A stretch of DNA of 64,000 nucleotides from Felis catus (GCF_018350175.1 NC_058368.1:51151815-51215814); one strand, 5' to 3'. Positions 39,309-52,985 are shown, counted from the first letter of the stretch. A program made the numbers and translations. Notes: generated from the sequence alone by a model not told the origin.

Positions 39309-40439
39309 CCTATTCAGAAAAATGCATCATTTTTTTCATACTTAACTTTTGAATAGCAATAAATCCAACATTCGTTTTGCCACTGAGATACATATATGGA
39401 TGTTTATAAATGCAAACACAAACATGAGGAACCGGATCAGTAATTCAAGAATATCAAAACAAAATATAATGAAAAGTGCCAGTGGAGACCAACTGTTGTT
39501 TTACAAATTCTATACAGGTATTTTTAAACATTTGTGTTTATACTGCACTACTGGCAGGGGGAGGGAGAGATATCATGATTTTGAAACTAAACCAAAAATT
39601 ATAGTCAACTAAAAGCAATATTAAAAAAAAAAAAAAAAACCCTACAGTGACACCTGCTAAAGCTTTCTTAAAAGTCATCTAAGGATACCTGCTATATTTG
39701 AGTTCTGGAATTCAAGGAACCACAGTCCCAGGAATCTCTAGAGAAGATACGAATTAAGTAGCCAATAGATCTCTCCACGTTGAATAGTCTGTGATATGTT
39801 ACTGCCAGACACAATCTCTACTTAAGATAAGCAAACCCATCCCTACTATGCATGGTTTGGTCTGAAATGTGGTTTCTTCTTCCAACACATCTCTTAGTAT
39901 GGCAATGTTTACCCTAAGTTGTATTTCCGAATGATAGGTATATGTTTATTCTGTGTATTTGTACGATCTTCATTGCATTTGTTTCTTTGAAATAGTCTTA
40001 CTGCAAAATAGTAGTATGGTTAAAAGAATGGGCTCTGGAATCAAGCTCCCTGGGTTTGAATTGTGGCTCTACCTCTCCCTGGTTATGTGGCCTTGAACAA
40101 ATTATTTGGCCTTCCTGTGCTTTGTTATTATCCCCACTTTGTAAAGTGGGGATAATAACACACAGGATTCTTGTGAGGAATTAAACAGTAGGGCTTAAAA
40201 AGAGACAGAGGATGTTGAACTCAAATACAGGAAAGTAGTCCAGTATTAAAGACTTTAAAGTGTATGACAAAGAAATGAAACGTGTGAGAAAATACAAGAA
40301 CACATGCTTATATATGAGAAACACACACTGGTGCTGGATTCACCACACTAAGGTAGTAACTAACCATAATTAAGTGGGATTATACTGTACCGTATTATAT
40401 AAATACAGTAGTAGGATGATAGTGGTGGCATTACAGGTG

Positions 40440-40441
<2 letters not shown>

Positions 40442-40473
<32 letters not shown>

Positions 40474-40650
40474 CAGAGAGAGCACAAGCAGGGGAAGGGC
40501 AGAGAGAGATGGAGAGAAAATCCCAAGCAGGTTCCACGCTGTCAGCACGGAGCCCAAGGTAGGGCTCCAACTCACCAAACCGTTGAGATCGTGACCTAAG
40601 CTGAAATCAAGAGTTGGACACTTAACCACCAAGCCACCCAGGTGCCCCTA
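40442..40650 (-). mobile_element. CAN-SINE
   Basis: Long poly-T followed by a reverse SINE body. Confidence 0.85.
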
Positions 40651-42289
40651 TCTCATACACATTCCTTTTAACGTCAATGAATTACACTGTAATCAGACAA
40701 ACAGGTCTTGTTTTGATTTGTTATCTGGAAAAATAAGTATTGCAAACTAAGGGGGGTAATTGCAGACTGCTCACTAGTACCCCTTTAGTTTAGGGCCTGC
40801 GACACTTTGATATCTACAGAGTAGTTCTGGCAGAGCGGTACTTCGGATTTGGAGTCATAGCTTGTGAAAAGGAGGGCTTGTGGCTCCAATTCCCTTCTTC
40901 TGGCATATCTGTGTATAAGAATTTGGTTCCTGTGTGGGATGAAGGATGTGTATGTGTATGACTCTTAACCAAATAGATCTCTGTGGGATCTCTTTACCCA
41001 ATAGCTAGTAAAACTTGTGAAAGGGACTGGGGGCTGGAAGGAAACAAGCCGGCAAAGCCTCCTGGCCTTCTTGCCGTTAAAATCTGCCCAGGAGATCTCA
41101 GCATGTATGCAACGAATTCCTCATTGATCCTACTTCCAAGTCTGTGAGTTGGATGATGTAAATGAAGTGAAGTAAATGATGTATATTCTACTGAGCAAGG
41201 AGAGACGAAAGGAGAAAACAGAATGACAAAGGTGATGGCAAGAGGGTAGTTTTATGGAACATTAAAACTTACTTGTGAATCTGAGAATACGTTTTGTAAT
41301 GTGTTTAGTGAAAAGGTAGTATAATCCACAATACAACCTTTAATATAAAAAAAAAATCTCTTCTAGTAATAATGTCCCACTAGAGGTTGAGGTAACAGTG
41401 TCATTATGACCCATTTTTCTGCTTTACCTTACCCTGAAGGCTTAATTTTAGCATAGAAAATATGGGTCAAAGAACAAAGAACAAAATCATAATGTGGCTT
41501 ATAATTTCTCTGACTACCTGAAACTACTCACAATTTTGGAATACGGAGACTCAAAAAAGAATGAAACTGTCTTTATAATTTCTTCTCCTTAGTAGAGCAC
41601 CCAAACCAGACCTCTTCAAGGCTCCAGCAGTTCAATTTCAAACTGCAACTTTTCTAGGCCCCAAATAATTGATGCAACTTAGGTCACTAGAGCATTTGGT
41701 GAGGGACTGATATTATGAAGCACCAAAAGGAAAGACAAACAAACAAACCATTAATGAGGAAAAACTAGAGTAGTTGAGCAGCACAGGGAGTTACTGAACT
41801 AATCTTAGTATTTCCATACCCTCGGAAAGTAGTAGTAAATTTGTTCATCAGAGAAAGAGTGGAGAATACTTCAGCTGTGTGTCCGTCACTGTATTAAACA
41901 CTTTTAGTAAACTGTACATTGAGTAAACTGTAGCACTTTTAAAAGCCCATTTGTACACAGCTCTAAAAAGCTTGTTTTGGCATCACATTTCCTTTCCATT
42001 TGCCTAATATCAAAATTAACTTGCATTCTTTGGCTGGAATACAAGAAAAAAAAAAAAAAACAGTGGGACGAGATTAACTCTCAGAACTAGATGGTACGAA
42101 GAGTGTGGTGGCGAAAATGTGGCTAGGTGTCATCTGTAGATAACTCGGAGTTGATGGCATTTTTATAAATATTTCAAAAGAAGAGGACAAAAAGACTCTA
42201 TTTAAAAGATCTGGCTCACTGAAAGAATTGGACATCAGCAGCAACAAAATAATAGTAATCTAACCTCTTGGCTTGGAGACGCAGGTCAA

Positions 42290-43340
42290 TCACCGAATAG
42301 GCTGCTTCCTGATCCCCGTGGCCAGCCCCACCTGAACCCGCTGCCCACGCCCAAGGCAGGCGCCAAGCGGCTCCTCCTCACAGGCGACCAAGTTTTCCAC
42401 TGGGCTCCGGGACCGGGACGTCCCCTCCTCCCGCGCCACCTCCACGGATTGGCTCTCCCTGACGTTTCTCACGCGCCCTACCGTGAGCAGTGTTTTGACA
42501 TCTTTAACGCCCCTCGTTTTTTCAAGCTACACGCACGGGCACAGCCCACGCCGGGAAGAGCCTGGCAGAGCGCGAGCTCTAAGGTGCCTGTCGCCAACCC
42601 TGCCAAGGGTAATAAAACCGGGCGACAGCAGCCGCGAGCCCGCATGCACACCACGCCTTGTTGACATGTTTTGAAGCAGACATCGCGGGGAAACGCCCCC
42701 AAGCAGGCTCTAAGGTCTGGGCGCCGCGCCCGGGACCCCGCGCCCCCGATCCGCCCTGCCGCCCACGAAGGTCGGCGGACCCACCCCAGCCCCGCAGTCA
42801 CAGCGGGGCTCCGGCCCTGCCCCTCCGCCGTTACCTGCTGCCGGGGGCGGCTTCCCCCAAGCACCACCCCGGGCTCCGAGGACGGCGGCGGCTGGTCCCG
42901 CGGCTCTCACATGAGGCCCCCAGGGAGCCCCGCTTCGCGCTCCCGCCGCCGCGACCCCCCACGCTCAGCCCGCATCCGAGGCGCTGGTCCCGCGGCGGAA
43001 GCCAATGCGGCTCCACCTTTGCGGTTCTGGCTGCTCCAGGAGAAGCCTCCTTTCTCAGTCCCACGCAACCCACGTTCTCCTTCCGGGACCCCTCGTAGCT
43101 GCGAAAGCCTCCTTCGGCGAGCCGCGGCCACAGCGTAGGGCCCCGCCGCCTCGGCCCACACAGCGACTCCAAAATGGCGCCTGGAGCTCGCGGCCGCGCG
43201 CTTTCGCCGGCGCGTCTCCGCCCGTGGGGGCGAGCGCGTGTCCGCCGGGGCGGGCCCGCGGAGGGAGGGGGAGGGCGGGAGTGGGTCGCGCCCGCCGAGA
43301 GCGCGCGCCGCCCGGGCAGATGGGGGCCTCCGCCTCTTGG
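42290..43340. promoter_or_regulatory. CpG island / FBXL3 promoter
   Basis: Very high GC and CpG density with GC boxes and a YY1 motif, upstream of the FBXL3 coding exons. Confidence 0.85.
42835..43190 (-). other. FBXL3: FBXL3 non-coding exon 1 (5' end approximate)
   Basis: Strong donor CAG|gtaacg at 42835/42834 inside the CpG island. YY1-type GCGCCATTTTG at 43170-43180. The ATG-bearing exon starts at a splice acceptor, so an upstream exon is required. Confidence 0.7.
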
Positions 43341-43859
43341 TTCCAGGAGAGTGGGCAGCTTTCCTCCCTGCGACGCTACTGCTACCCTTAGGGGATTTTT
43401 TCCTTTTGAAGCCAGTGTGGGAGGGCTGGAGCTAGCTAGATGGCCAAGAGACTATCTGCTGTCGAAACTGGAAAGTTTAGGGAGGTGGAGCAGGAAAGGA
43501 AAAAGGAGGGAGTGTCTCTGAGCCTGCTGCATCCAGCAGCTGGTTCTCCGAGGCAGAAAGACAAACTGTAGCTGCTGACCGCTGACATACCTCTGCACCG
43601 TGAGGCTCGACCTGGAATGGCCACGACAGCACCACGGAACTCAAGGGGTTAAAATACAGGCTCTAAAAATTTACACACAGCATATGTACATAAGGTGTTC
43701 TTAAAAACTGCGAGGAATTATCGCAGAATGGTGGCAGTGTTAACACTGGGATTGCAAATGATTTTTATATTTAAAATATTTGTATTTTCTAATTTTTTAA
43801 AACAATTTTTATCATCGTTATTACTTTTTAAAAACAACTTATAAAGGAGATAGACTCCT

Positions 43860-45037
43860 GGGACGCCTGGGTGGCTCAGTTGGTTAAGTGTCCATCTTGA
43901 CTTTGCACAGGTCATGATCTGGTTCATGAGTTTCAGCCCTATACGGGGCTCTTCGCTGACAGCATGGAGCCTGCTAGGGATTCTCTCTCTTCCTCTCTCT
44001 TTCTTCCCCTTCCCTGCTCATGCTTGTTTGCTCGCTCACTCGCTCTCTCGCTCTCTCTCAAAATAAATAAAAAGAAAAAAGTAGATAGACTCCTGAAGTT
44101 TGTAAAGCTTTCTGAAACATAATAAGGAAAGCATAAAGGACTAAATGGCTATTTAAAAAATAACCCACAAGTGAAGCCTTTTATCAATCCAGGCATTTTT
44201 GTGTGTAAGTGCTACCAACTTAGCTTGTTTTAACAGTTTGGATTTGGGATACTGGGTTTTCTTAAAGTGAGAAATGTCCTTACATACAAAATCATAACTT
44301 GAATCATGTGTCATTCCTCTTTCCTCCCTCAAAAATAAAGTAATTTTTCACCCAGAGAGGTCTTGTCAATGATCTGACCCATTTGTAAGAGACTGAAAAG
44401 CAGTGATGCCCAGAGACCGTTCTACTCTTCCATTGCAAAAATCGAGCTAGGAAGCCATGTGTAAAATTACATTAAGATTCAGTGTGGGAAAATGCGGGTG
44501 TTTTTTGTTAAGGGCCTGGTATCTGATCAACAGATCAAGCTGAACAAAGTCGCTAGCAACATAATAACGTGGATGTACCTGAACTGCAACATTTTTTAGG
44601 TCCCCCTCAGTAACTAAATGATGAAGAGTAGTAATAGGAAGTTATTAAAACTCTCACACTCCCAGTTGTAGTCTCTTTTAAAATCCTCTTCCTAGTCTAT
44701 TCTCTCCCTAAAGAAGGCGAGGATCTTGTAATTTTATGTATTGAATGTTCCCTCTCCTTCCCTATTACTGTGTTTTAATGATTTTATTTCACCTTTTTGC
44801 AACTTGTGTTTTTTTTTCAATTTTTTTTTAACGTTTATTTATTTTTGAGACAGAGAGAGACAGAGCATTAAAGGGGGAGGGTCAGAGAGAGACAGAGGGA
44901 GACACAGAATCTGAAACAGGCTCCAGGCTCTGAGCTGTCAGCACAGAGCCCGACGCAGGGTTTGAACTCACGAACCTCAAGATCATGACCTGAGCCGAAG
45001 TCAGACGCTTAACCGACTGAGCCACCCAGGTGCCCCG
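43860..45037. mobile_element. Two CAN-SINEs upstream of FBXL3 (43860-44080 +, 44810-45037 -)
   Basis: SINE bodies. TSD-like atagactcctg and aacttgtgtttt. Confidence 0.85.
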
Positions 45038-45628
45038 GAACTTGTGTTTTAAAACTTGTGTTTATTTTTAAATCAGTCAATACTTATTTACATTTATTAG
45101 TTGTATTAGTCAAGATCAATGCCATTTTAGGGGAAGGAAGAAGAAGGTGTATGTGGGATAGTTTGGTCCAGCACAGAAGAATGTTTTATTGCTAATCCTG
45201 TTTAGCATTGCCAATATATGTGATAATAAAAGGCATACCAATATTTAGTTAGCATTATTATTGCTTTTAAATTCTCTACAGACAATGTACCCCCTCTACC
45301 AGGGACGGGCTATTCCCACTACCTTCATGAGGAAATAGACATAATAAAATACTTTTGGAAGCAATATAAATTTGAAATATAAAATTTTTGCATGAATAAA
45401 TGAGATTATCATGGAAAAAATTGACATTTAAAATTTTTATTAGGTGCCTACAGTATTATTTTCATGTGTGAATGAGGATAATAGAGACCATTTTTATCAG
45501 CATTTGACCTTGTATTTTTTCCGTTGCTAAAGATGCTATAATTCTGACATATCACAGTCATGTTACGTATGACAATTTACAGACTTTTGTTCACCTTGGC
45601 ACTCCACTGATTAAGATAGGTTAGGTTA

Positions 45629-47029
45629 TGGCACAAAAACAGACACATAGACCAATGGAATAGAATAGAAACCCCAGAACTAGACCCACAAACGTATGGC
45701 CAACTCATCTTTGACAAAGCAGGAAAGAACATCCAATGGAAAAAAGACAGCCTCTTTAACAAATGGTGCTGGGAGAACTGGACAGCAACATGCAGAAGGT
45801 TGAAACTAGACCACTTTCTCACACCATTCACAAAAATAAACTCAAAATGGATAAAGGGCCTAAATGTGAGACAGGAAACCATCAAAACCTTAGAGGAGAA
45901 AGCAGGAAAAGACCTCTCTGACCTCAGCCGTAGCAATCTCTTACTCGACACATCCCCAAAGGCAAGGGAATTAAAAGCAAAAGTGAATTACTGGGACCTT
46001 ATGAAGATCAAAAGCTTCTGCACAGCAAAGGAAACAACCAACAAAACTAAAAGGCAACCAACGGAATGGGAAAAGATATTCGCAAATGACATATCGGACA
46101 AAGGGCTAGTATCCAAAATCTATAAAGAGCTCACCAAACTCCACACCCGAAAAACAAATAACCCAGTGAAGAAATGGGCAGAAAACATGAATAGACACTT
46201 CTCTAAAGAAGACATCCGGATGGCCAACAGGCACATGAAAAGATGTTCAGCGTCGCTCCTTATCAGGGAAATACAAATCAAAACCACACTCAGGTATCAC
46301 CTCACGCCAGTCAGAGTGGCCAAAATGAACAAATCAGGAGACTCTAGATGCTGGAGAGGATGTGGAGAAACGGGAACCCTCTTGCACTGTTGGTGGGAAT
46401 GCAAATTGGTGCAGCCGCTCTGGAAAGCAGTGTGGAGGTTCCTCAGAAAATTAAAAATAGACCTACCCTATGACCCAGCAATAGCACTGCTAGGAATTTA
46501 TCCAAGGGATACAGGAGTACTGATGCATAGGGCCACTTGTACCCCAATGTTCATAGCAGCACTCTCAACAATAGCCAAATTATGGAAAGAGCCTAAATGT
46601 CCATCAACTGATGAATGGATAAAGAAATTGTGGTTTATATACACAATGGAATATTACGTGGCAATGAGAAAAAATGAAATATGGCCTTTTGTAGCAACGT
46701 GGATGGAACTGGAGAGTGTGATGCTAAGTGAAATAAGCCATACAGAGAAAGACAGATACCATATGGTTTCACTCTTATGTGGATCCTGAGAAACTTAACA
46801 GGAACCCATGGGGGAGGGGAAGGAAAAAAAAAAAAAAACAAAAACAGGTTAGAGTGGGAGAGAGCCAAAGCATAAGAGACTGTTAAAAACTGAGAACAAA
46901 CTGAGGGTTGATGGGGGGTGGGAGGGAGGAGAGGGTGGGTGATGGGTATTGAGGAGGGCCCCTTTTGGGATGAGCACTGGGTGTTGTATGGAAACCAATT
47001 TGTCAATAAATTTCATAAAAAAAAAAAAA
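45629..47029 (+). mobile_element. Young 5'-truncated LINE-1 (ORF2 C-terminal part, 3' UTR, polyA)
   Basis: Open ORF2 frame 45629-46789 including [24 protein letters not shown] plus pure polyA tail. TSD aagataggttaggttatg at 45613-45630 and 47028-47045. TT/AAGA nick site. Confidence 0.96.
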
Positions 47030-48439
47030 GATAGGTTAGGTTATGTTGAGTAGCTCCTAAAACACTATTTTGATTCCTTGTTTTAATGACTTTCACAGTT
47101 TTTAGGAATATTGCTTCAGTATTTTGTATAGTTTTCCTCAATCGGGGATTGTCTCTTGTTTTTCTCATGATTAGACCGGGAAGAAGATCACAGATGTATG
47201 AAGTACCATTCTCATCACATCACGTCAAGGCTACATGTTGTCAAAAGGACTTAATCCCTCTTGATGTTCATATTAATTAGGGTGAGGTCAAGTTGCTCCA
47301 CTGTGAAGTTACTTTTTTCCCTCCATTTCCCTACTTCACGGTTTGGAAGGAAATCACTAAGCACATCTCACACAAAAGGGTTGGGGAGTTACGCTCCATC
47401 TCCTTGAGTGGGGAGATGTCTGCATAAATTATTGGGACTTACTCTGCATGACAGGATTGCCTCCATATCTCTTAATTTCATATTGTTAATGTTTTTATTG
47501 ATCTGTACTGAAATCTTTGTAATTACCTCAGATATGTCTGCCAAGTCACTTTTTCTTCAGATTGGTATAGTTTCTATTAAGCCAATCTGTGCCTATATTT
47601 TTTATTTCTAAAAGTGACACTTGGATCTTTTTGACATCTGCTTGATTTTTTCTGATTTTTTTCCTCTTGTTTTTAATTCTTTTTTTTTCTTTAATCATTT
47701 TAATCACATGAAATAATTGGGGGTCTAATCCTGATTTTTGTAAATGTTTGTTCATGGTGGGTTGTTATTCATGTTGTTACTCATGTTATTCATGAGTTCA
47801 TCTTCTGTGAAGCTTCAGGTGTAGGAATCCTGTGCAACCTGGTTAAGGGTGTGTCACTCTAGGGAGGATTTTTGTGTTTGCTTCTGCTACATGCTGCAGG
47901 GTATTACTAGCCAGGAACAACTTTTTATAATAATTTCTTGACTCCTGGGTTCTTGGGTCATGACAGTATAAATTCAGGCGCCAACCTGTGTGAGGGCAGA
48001 GCCACGGTTATGAATTCTCAGAAAGACTTTTTTCCTAACCTAGAGCTCAAGCTAAAACAGGTTACTCAAGCTAAAACTGGCTCATCTCCCTGTGAGCTCA
48101 GCCAGCTATTCCTTGAAGAGGATAAAGATCTTTAAAATTCCGTCTTTATGCACACATCTCAGTTACAACTTCTCTTGCAAACTCATCTCCAGTCCTCATA
48201 TAAGTCACTGTCTCTTCAGATAGTTCTTTCCTATCAACCCCTCCATTTTGCTGTTACGGACTTCACGCTCACTCCTCTCGATTCATCCTCTATGTCTTTT
48301 AACTGCTCTTTCATATTTTTCTTTCTTTGTTTCTCTTTGTTGCATCATGTATTATCTTCTAACTCAATGATTTTCTCTTTGCCACCAATCTAGAGTTCAT
48401 ACCAGCTGTGAAGTAAAATTGAAAATTCTTCTTTTTTTA

Positions 48440-48653
48440 TTAAAAAATTTTTTTTTAATGTTTATTTATTTTTTTGAGACAGAGAGAGACAGAGCATGAA
48501 CAGGGGAGGGTCAGAGAGAGGGAGACACAGAATCCAAAACAGGGCTCTGAGCTATCGGCACAGAGCCCGGCGCAGGGCTAGAACTCACAGACTGTGAGAT
48601 CATGACCTGAGCCAAAGTTGGACGCTCAACCAACTGAGCCACCCAGGCACCCT
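48440..48653 (-). mobile_element. CAN-SINE
   Basis: SINE body with flanking aaattgaaaattct duplication. Confidence 0.85.
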
Positions 48654-48849
48654 GAAATTGAAAATTCTATTCCCCAAATTTCTCATTTGTTTTTCATACT
48701 CATCTAGTCTTAAAATAATCATTCTTTATGAATTTCACAAACATGTATATGATTAATATAAATATATAATAACCATGTGGGAAGTATATATAGAATTGAA
48801 AATAAATGAATACATAGAAATCCGCAGTAATAATCCTAGTAGCTGATGA

Positions 48850-50850
48850 AATAGAAGTCAATCCAAATGATATAAGGGAAAAGATGCATTAATAAAAGTA
48901 ACAGTACTAATAAAGGAAACAATAGAGCAAGAAGATGGCATTGTCGTGAACGTATATGCACCTCACAGTGTACAAAATGCATGAAGCAACAACAGATAGG
49001 ACTGCAGGAAGAGATTAATCTACAACTCTAGTTGAAGATTTTAACACACCCACCTCAGAAACTGATACATCAAGCAGGCAAAATATAAGCAGAATCATTG
49101 TAGAGCTGAAAAATACAGACAGTAACTTTAAGCTCTTGGGTATATGGAATTTTATACTGCAGAGTCATTGTAGAGAAACAAAACATTTACGAAACAGACC
49201 ATGTATTAAGCCACAAAAGAGGGTAAAATCCAGAGTTTCAGTATCATACAAACTATGATTGTTAGCCATAATGCAATGAAGTTAGCAATGAATAATGAAA
49301 GAAGAGCTAAAAATGCCATCTGTTTAAAAACTAAATAAAATAAATTACTACACGAGTTAGAAAAGAAATCATAACAGAGATTAAGAAATGTCTTTGTTTT
49401 AAGATAATTAAAATACCACATATATTAGTATTTAATCATACATCAGTAGAAAAACATCTATACCAACACTTAAAATGAAATTCAGAGTTTTAAATATAGC
49501 TATCCAGAAATAAGGACAATTCAACAAAAGCAAAGTATTTAAATCAATAAGTCGAAAGAAAAAGAAAAGCAACAGGAAAAAGCCAAAACATTCAGAACAA
49601 ATGTATAATGATAGTCTACAAGGTGGCCACCCCGTATTCCTCCCTCCCCCACAGCATCATGCTGTGCCTCACATTAGGTATGAAGTCCAGTTACCTTGCC
49701 CTTGAACCCAGACTTGCCCTGGTGATTTGCTTTACTGGTAGCACAAGACAGAAGTGATGTTTTAAAACTTCTGAGGCTTGGGGCACCTGGGTGGCTCAGT
49801 CGGTTAAGTGGGCGACTTTGGCTCAGGTCATGATCTTGCGGTCCGTGAGTTCGAGCCCCGTGTCAGGCTCTGTGCTGACAGCTCAGAACCTGGAGCCTGT
49901 TTCAGATTCTGTGTCTCCTTCTCTCTGACCCTCCCCCATTCATGCTCTGTCTCTCTCTGTCTCAAAAATAAATAAACGTTAAAAAAAAAAATAAAAAAAA
50001 AAAACAAAAAAAAACTTCTGAGGCTAGATCATAAGAAACCTTACAGCCTTCATTTGGGTCTTTTGGAATGCTTACTTTTTGCATAGTGTGTCAGAACAAT
50101 CGGTCACCATATTATAAAAAGACAAAGCCTCATGGAGCAGTGCACAGTGAGTCCACAGAAACTTGAGAGATAATAATACACTGTTTTAACCCATTAAGCA
50201 TTGAGTGGTTTGTCATATAGTAGTGGATAATTGGAAGAGATTTAATAATAAAGACAAGGGCAGGAATCCATAAAATAGGGAAAAAAATAAATAGAGAAGA
50301 TTATAATAAACAAAAGCTGTTTCAAATAAAAGTGAATAAGGTAGATGCAACTCCGGTCAGATTGATTAAGAAAAAAAAAGGTTGCAAATTGAAAAGAATA
50401 GAATTTTTAAGAGGGGAAACAAATACAGCCACCACAGATATTTGAAATTATAAAAGTATGATATATTAACTAATAAACTTGAAAGCCTAGATAAGTTAAT
50501 TCCTAGAAAAATATAAAATGCCAAAGTTGGCAGGAAGAAGTAGAGAAGTTGAATAAAACAATAGTCTTTGTAGTAATTATCAAAGCCCTCTGCCCCCAAA
50601 TAGCCCTAGGCCCTGATGGAATTACAAGTGAGCCCTACCAGATTTCCAAGAAAGAGTTAACCCTTCTATCTGACACAAGTTACTGGAGAAAAAGATGAAG
50701 AGGAAAAGCTGCCCAGGTCATTTCATGATGCAAGTATAATCATGATTCCCAAACCAAATACAGAAAAGAAAACTATAGTCCCACTTGTCTTACAAAAACA
50801 CATGCAGAAATTCTAAAAGAAATATTAGTTATCAAATCCAATAATGTACT
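48850..50850 (+). mobile_element. Ancient degraded L1 ORF2 fragments interrupted by an MLT-like LTR and a SINE
   Basis: A-rich L1-like motifs (gaagattttaacacacc; ggccctgatggaattacaagtga; catgattcccaaacca). LTR-like block about 49605-50240 contains a SINE at about 49780-50015. Confidence 0.6.
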
Positions 50851-51452
50851 ACTAAAACTAAAAAATAAATAAAATTTAAAATTTAAATAAATAAGGCAAA
50901 AAGTAAACAAAAGTGACAATAACACTCCAGAGGCCCCTGTCCTTTTGCCTTTTTCACAACACATATTGCCAGCTGGCATATAATAGACATAATGTATATC
51001 TGTTTAATGTCTGTCTCCCTTACTAGAATATAAGCGCTAGGAAAATGTGAACCTTGGGTCTGTTTTGTTCATGGATCCTAGGCTCCTATGACAGTTCCTG
51101 GCTCAGTAAATGTTTCTTTGAATAAAGAAAGAATAGGACAGGACAGGGCTTATGTTGGTATTACACACTGCAGTGCCTGGACATGAGCCTTATTGTGACT
51201 CAAATCTGTCATGGGGAATAATTAGACAGGCAGTTTGATGTCACAAGGAGGGGAGAATCTCAAGAGGTAAACAGGACGGTGACAAGAAAACAGTCATAAG
51301 TGAGCTTGCTTATGGACCAGGGGACCCAAATTATAGAGTTCTGTGCTTTTCTGACTCACCAATTTCACATGTCCTCCTGGGAATGGGAAACCTCACGGCA
51401 AACAGGAAATCTGTTCACAGAACACAGGAGAAAGAAACTGTAGCTCCTGTGG

Positions 51453-51615
51453 TCCTCCTCCTCCTCCCCCTTCCCCTCCTACCTCCTCCTTCCATTCTTC
51501 TTCCTCCTCCTCCTCTCTCTCTCTCATTCTCCTCCTCCCACCTTCTCCTTGCTTCTTCTTCCTCCTCCTCCTTTCTTCTTCCGTCTTCTTCTCCCCTTCC
51601 TCCTTTTTTTTCTTT
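51453..51615. repeat. Pyrimidine-rich (CCT/CTT)n low-complexity tract
   Basis: About 160 nt of almost exclusively C and T on the + strand. Confidence 0.9.
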
Positions 51616-51951
51616 ACTGTCTACAGGGAGCTTGGTGGTTGCAAAGGAGGGAAAAAAAACCAAGGTCTCCATCCTTCTATAGCTGTCTAAACTATTGGGA
51701 TAACACCCACTGGTGAGATTAGAAAATATTATGTACAACTATGTATGAATAGGTTCCTAATAATAAGATTAACATTGTATACAAAGGTGCTGAGGGCATT
51801 CCTACAATAGGAATAGACAGGGAAAGCTCATTCATTTAAGAGGTCAGTTTTGAATCAAATCTTGAAGAAAGTAATGGGATTTGGCAGAAGAGGGGCAAGC
51901 AATCTATCCAAGTGGCAAGAAAAGCACAGAGTTAGTAAGTTCACAGAATCA

Positions 51952-52985
51952 TGGGGAACCTGGGTGGCTCAGTTGGTTAAGTATCCAACTCTTGATTTTG
52001 GCTCAGGTCACGATCTCATAATTTGTGAGATCCAACCCTGAGTTGCACTCTGCGCTGACTGTGCAGAGCCTGCTTGAGATTCTCTGTCTGCCTCTCTCTC
52101 TGCCCTTCCCCTGTTTGCATACTCTCACTCTCTCAAAATAAGTAAACTTAAAAAAAAAAGTAATTCTTAAAAAAAAAAAAAAAAGACCACAGAATCATCA
52201 TTAGAAGTTCATCATGTTCACTTCCTATCCAGGACTGAAGTCTGTTAGCGCATCTGTTGTGGACACCTATTCACATGTCTATCTAGCAGCTCCTTGGTGG
52301 GGAGCCCTTCCCCATCTATTTGGTTTTAGTCATAGCTTCCTGTAGCTCGTGAACCTGACCCCTATGCATCCGGTCTAAGACAGTCTTGCCCCAAGGAATT
52401 TGGAATTAATTCTGAAGGAAAGGGAGTAGTCCCTTCCTTGAATGCTTGGACTTGTAATATTTAGACCCAGAAGCAATAGGTGGTCTTTTTCTACCACATG
52501 GTCTGGAAAGCAATAAAAGATGCTCTGCAGTGAGAAAGAAGAACAAAATAGATGCAGAGAGGGGCACCTGTGTGGCTCAGTCGGTTGAGCACTGTACTTC
52601 AGCTCAGGTCATGACCTAATGGTTCATGAGTTCGAGCCCTGCATCTGGCTTGCTTCTGTTAGCCCAGACCCTGCTTCAGATCCTCTATCCCCACCCTGCG
52701 CTCTCTCTGCCTTTCCCCCACTCATGCTGTTTCTCTCAAAAATGAATAAACATTGGGACGCCTGGGTGGCTGAGTCGGTTGAGCGTCCGACTGCGGCTCA
52801 GGTCATGATCTCACAGTTTGTGAGTTTGAGGCCCGCATGGGGCTCTGTGCTGACAGCTGAGAGCCTGGAGCCTGCTTCGGATTCTGTGTCTCCCTCTCTC
52901 TGCCCCTCCCCCACTCATGCTCTGTCTCTGTCAAAAGTGAATAAACATTAAAAAAAAAATTTTTTTAATGAATAAACATTACAAA
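51952..52985 (+). mobile_element. CAN-SINEs (51952-52185; nested pair 52561-52985)
   Basis: The second SINE of the pair sits in the tail of the first (aatgaataaacatt duplicated). Outer TSD aaaatagatgcagaga. Confidence 0.85.

Noticed and set aside
43071..43076. CACGTT (E'-box-like) in FBXL3 exon 1
   Set aside because: A single hexamer is expected by chance, and nothing else in the sequence supports CLOCK:BMAL1 binding.
42290..43624. Many 60-155 aa ORFs in the FBXL3 CpG island
   Set aside because: Low-complexity Arg/Pro/Gly/Ala translations, mostly with non-ATG starts and no family similarity.
45800..46789. 329-aa ORF as a host gene
   Set aside because: It is the C-terminal part of LINE-1 ORF2 in a 5'-truncated copy lacking the promoter, ORF1, endonuclease and RT core.
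51383..51738. Pro/Ser-rich and Glu/Arg-rich ORFs
   Set aside because: Artefacts of the CT-rich simple repeat.
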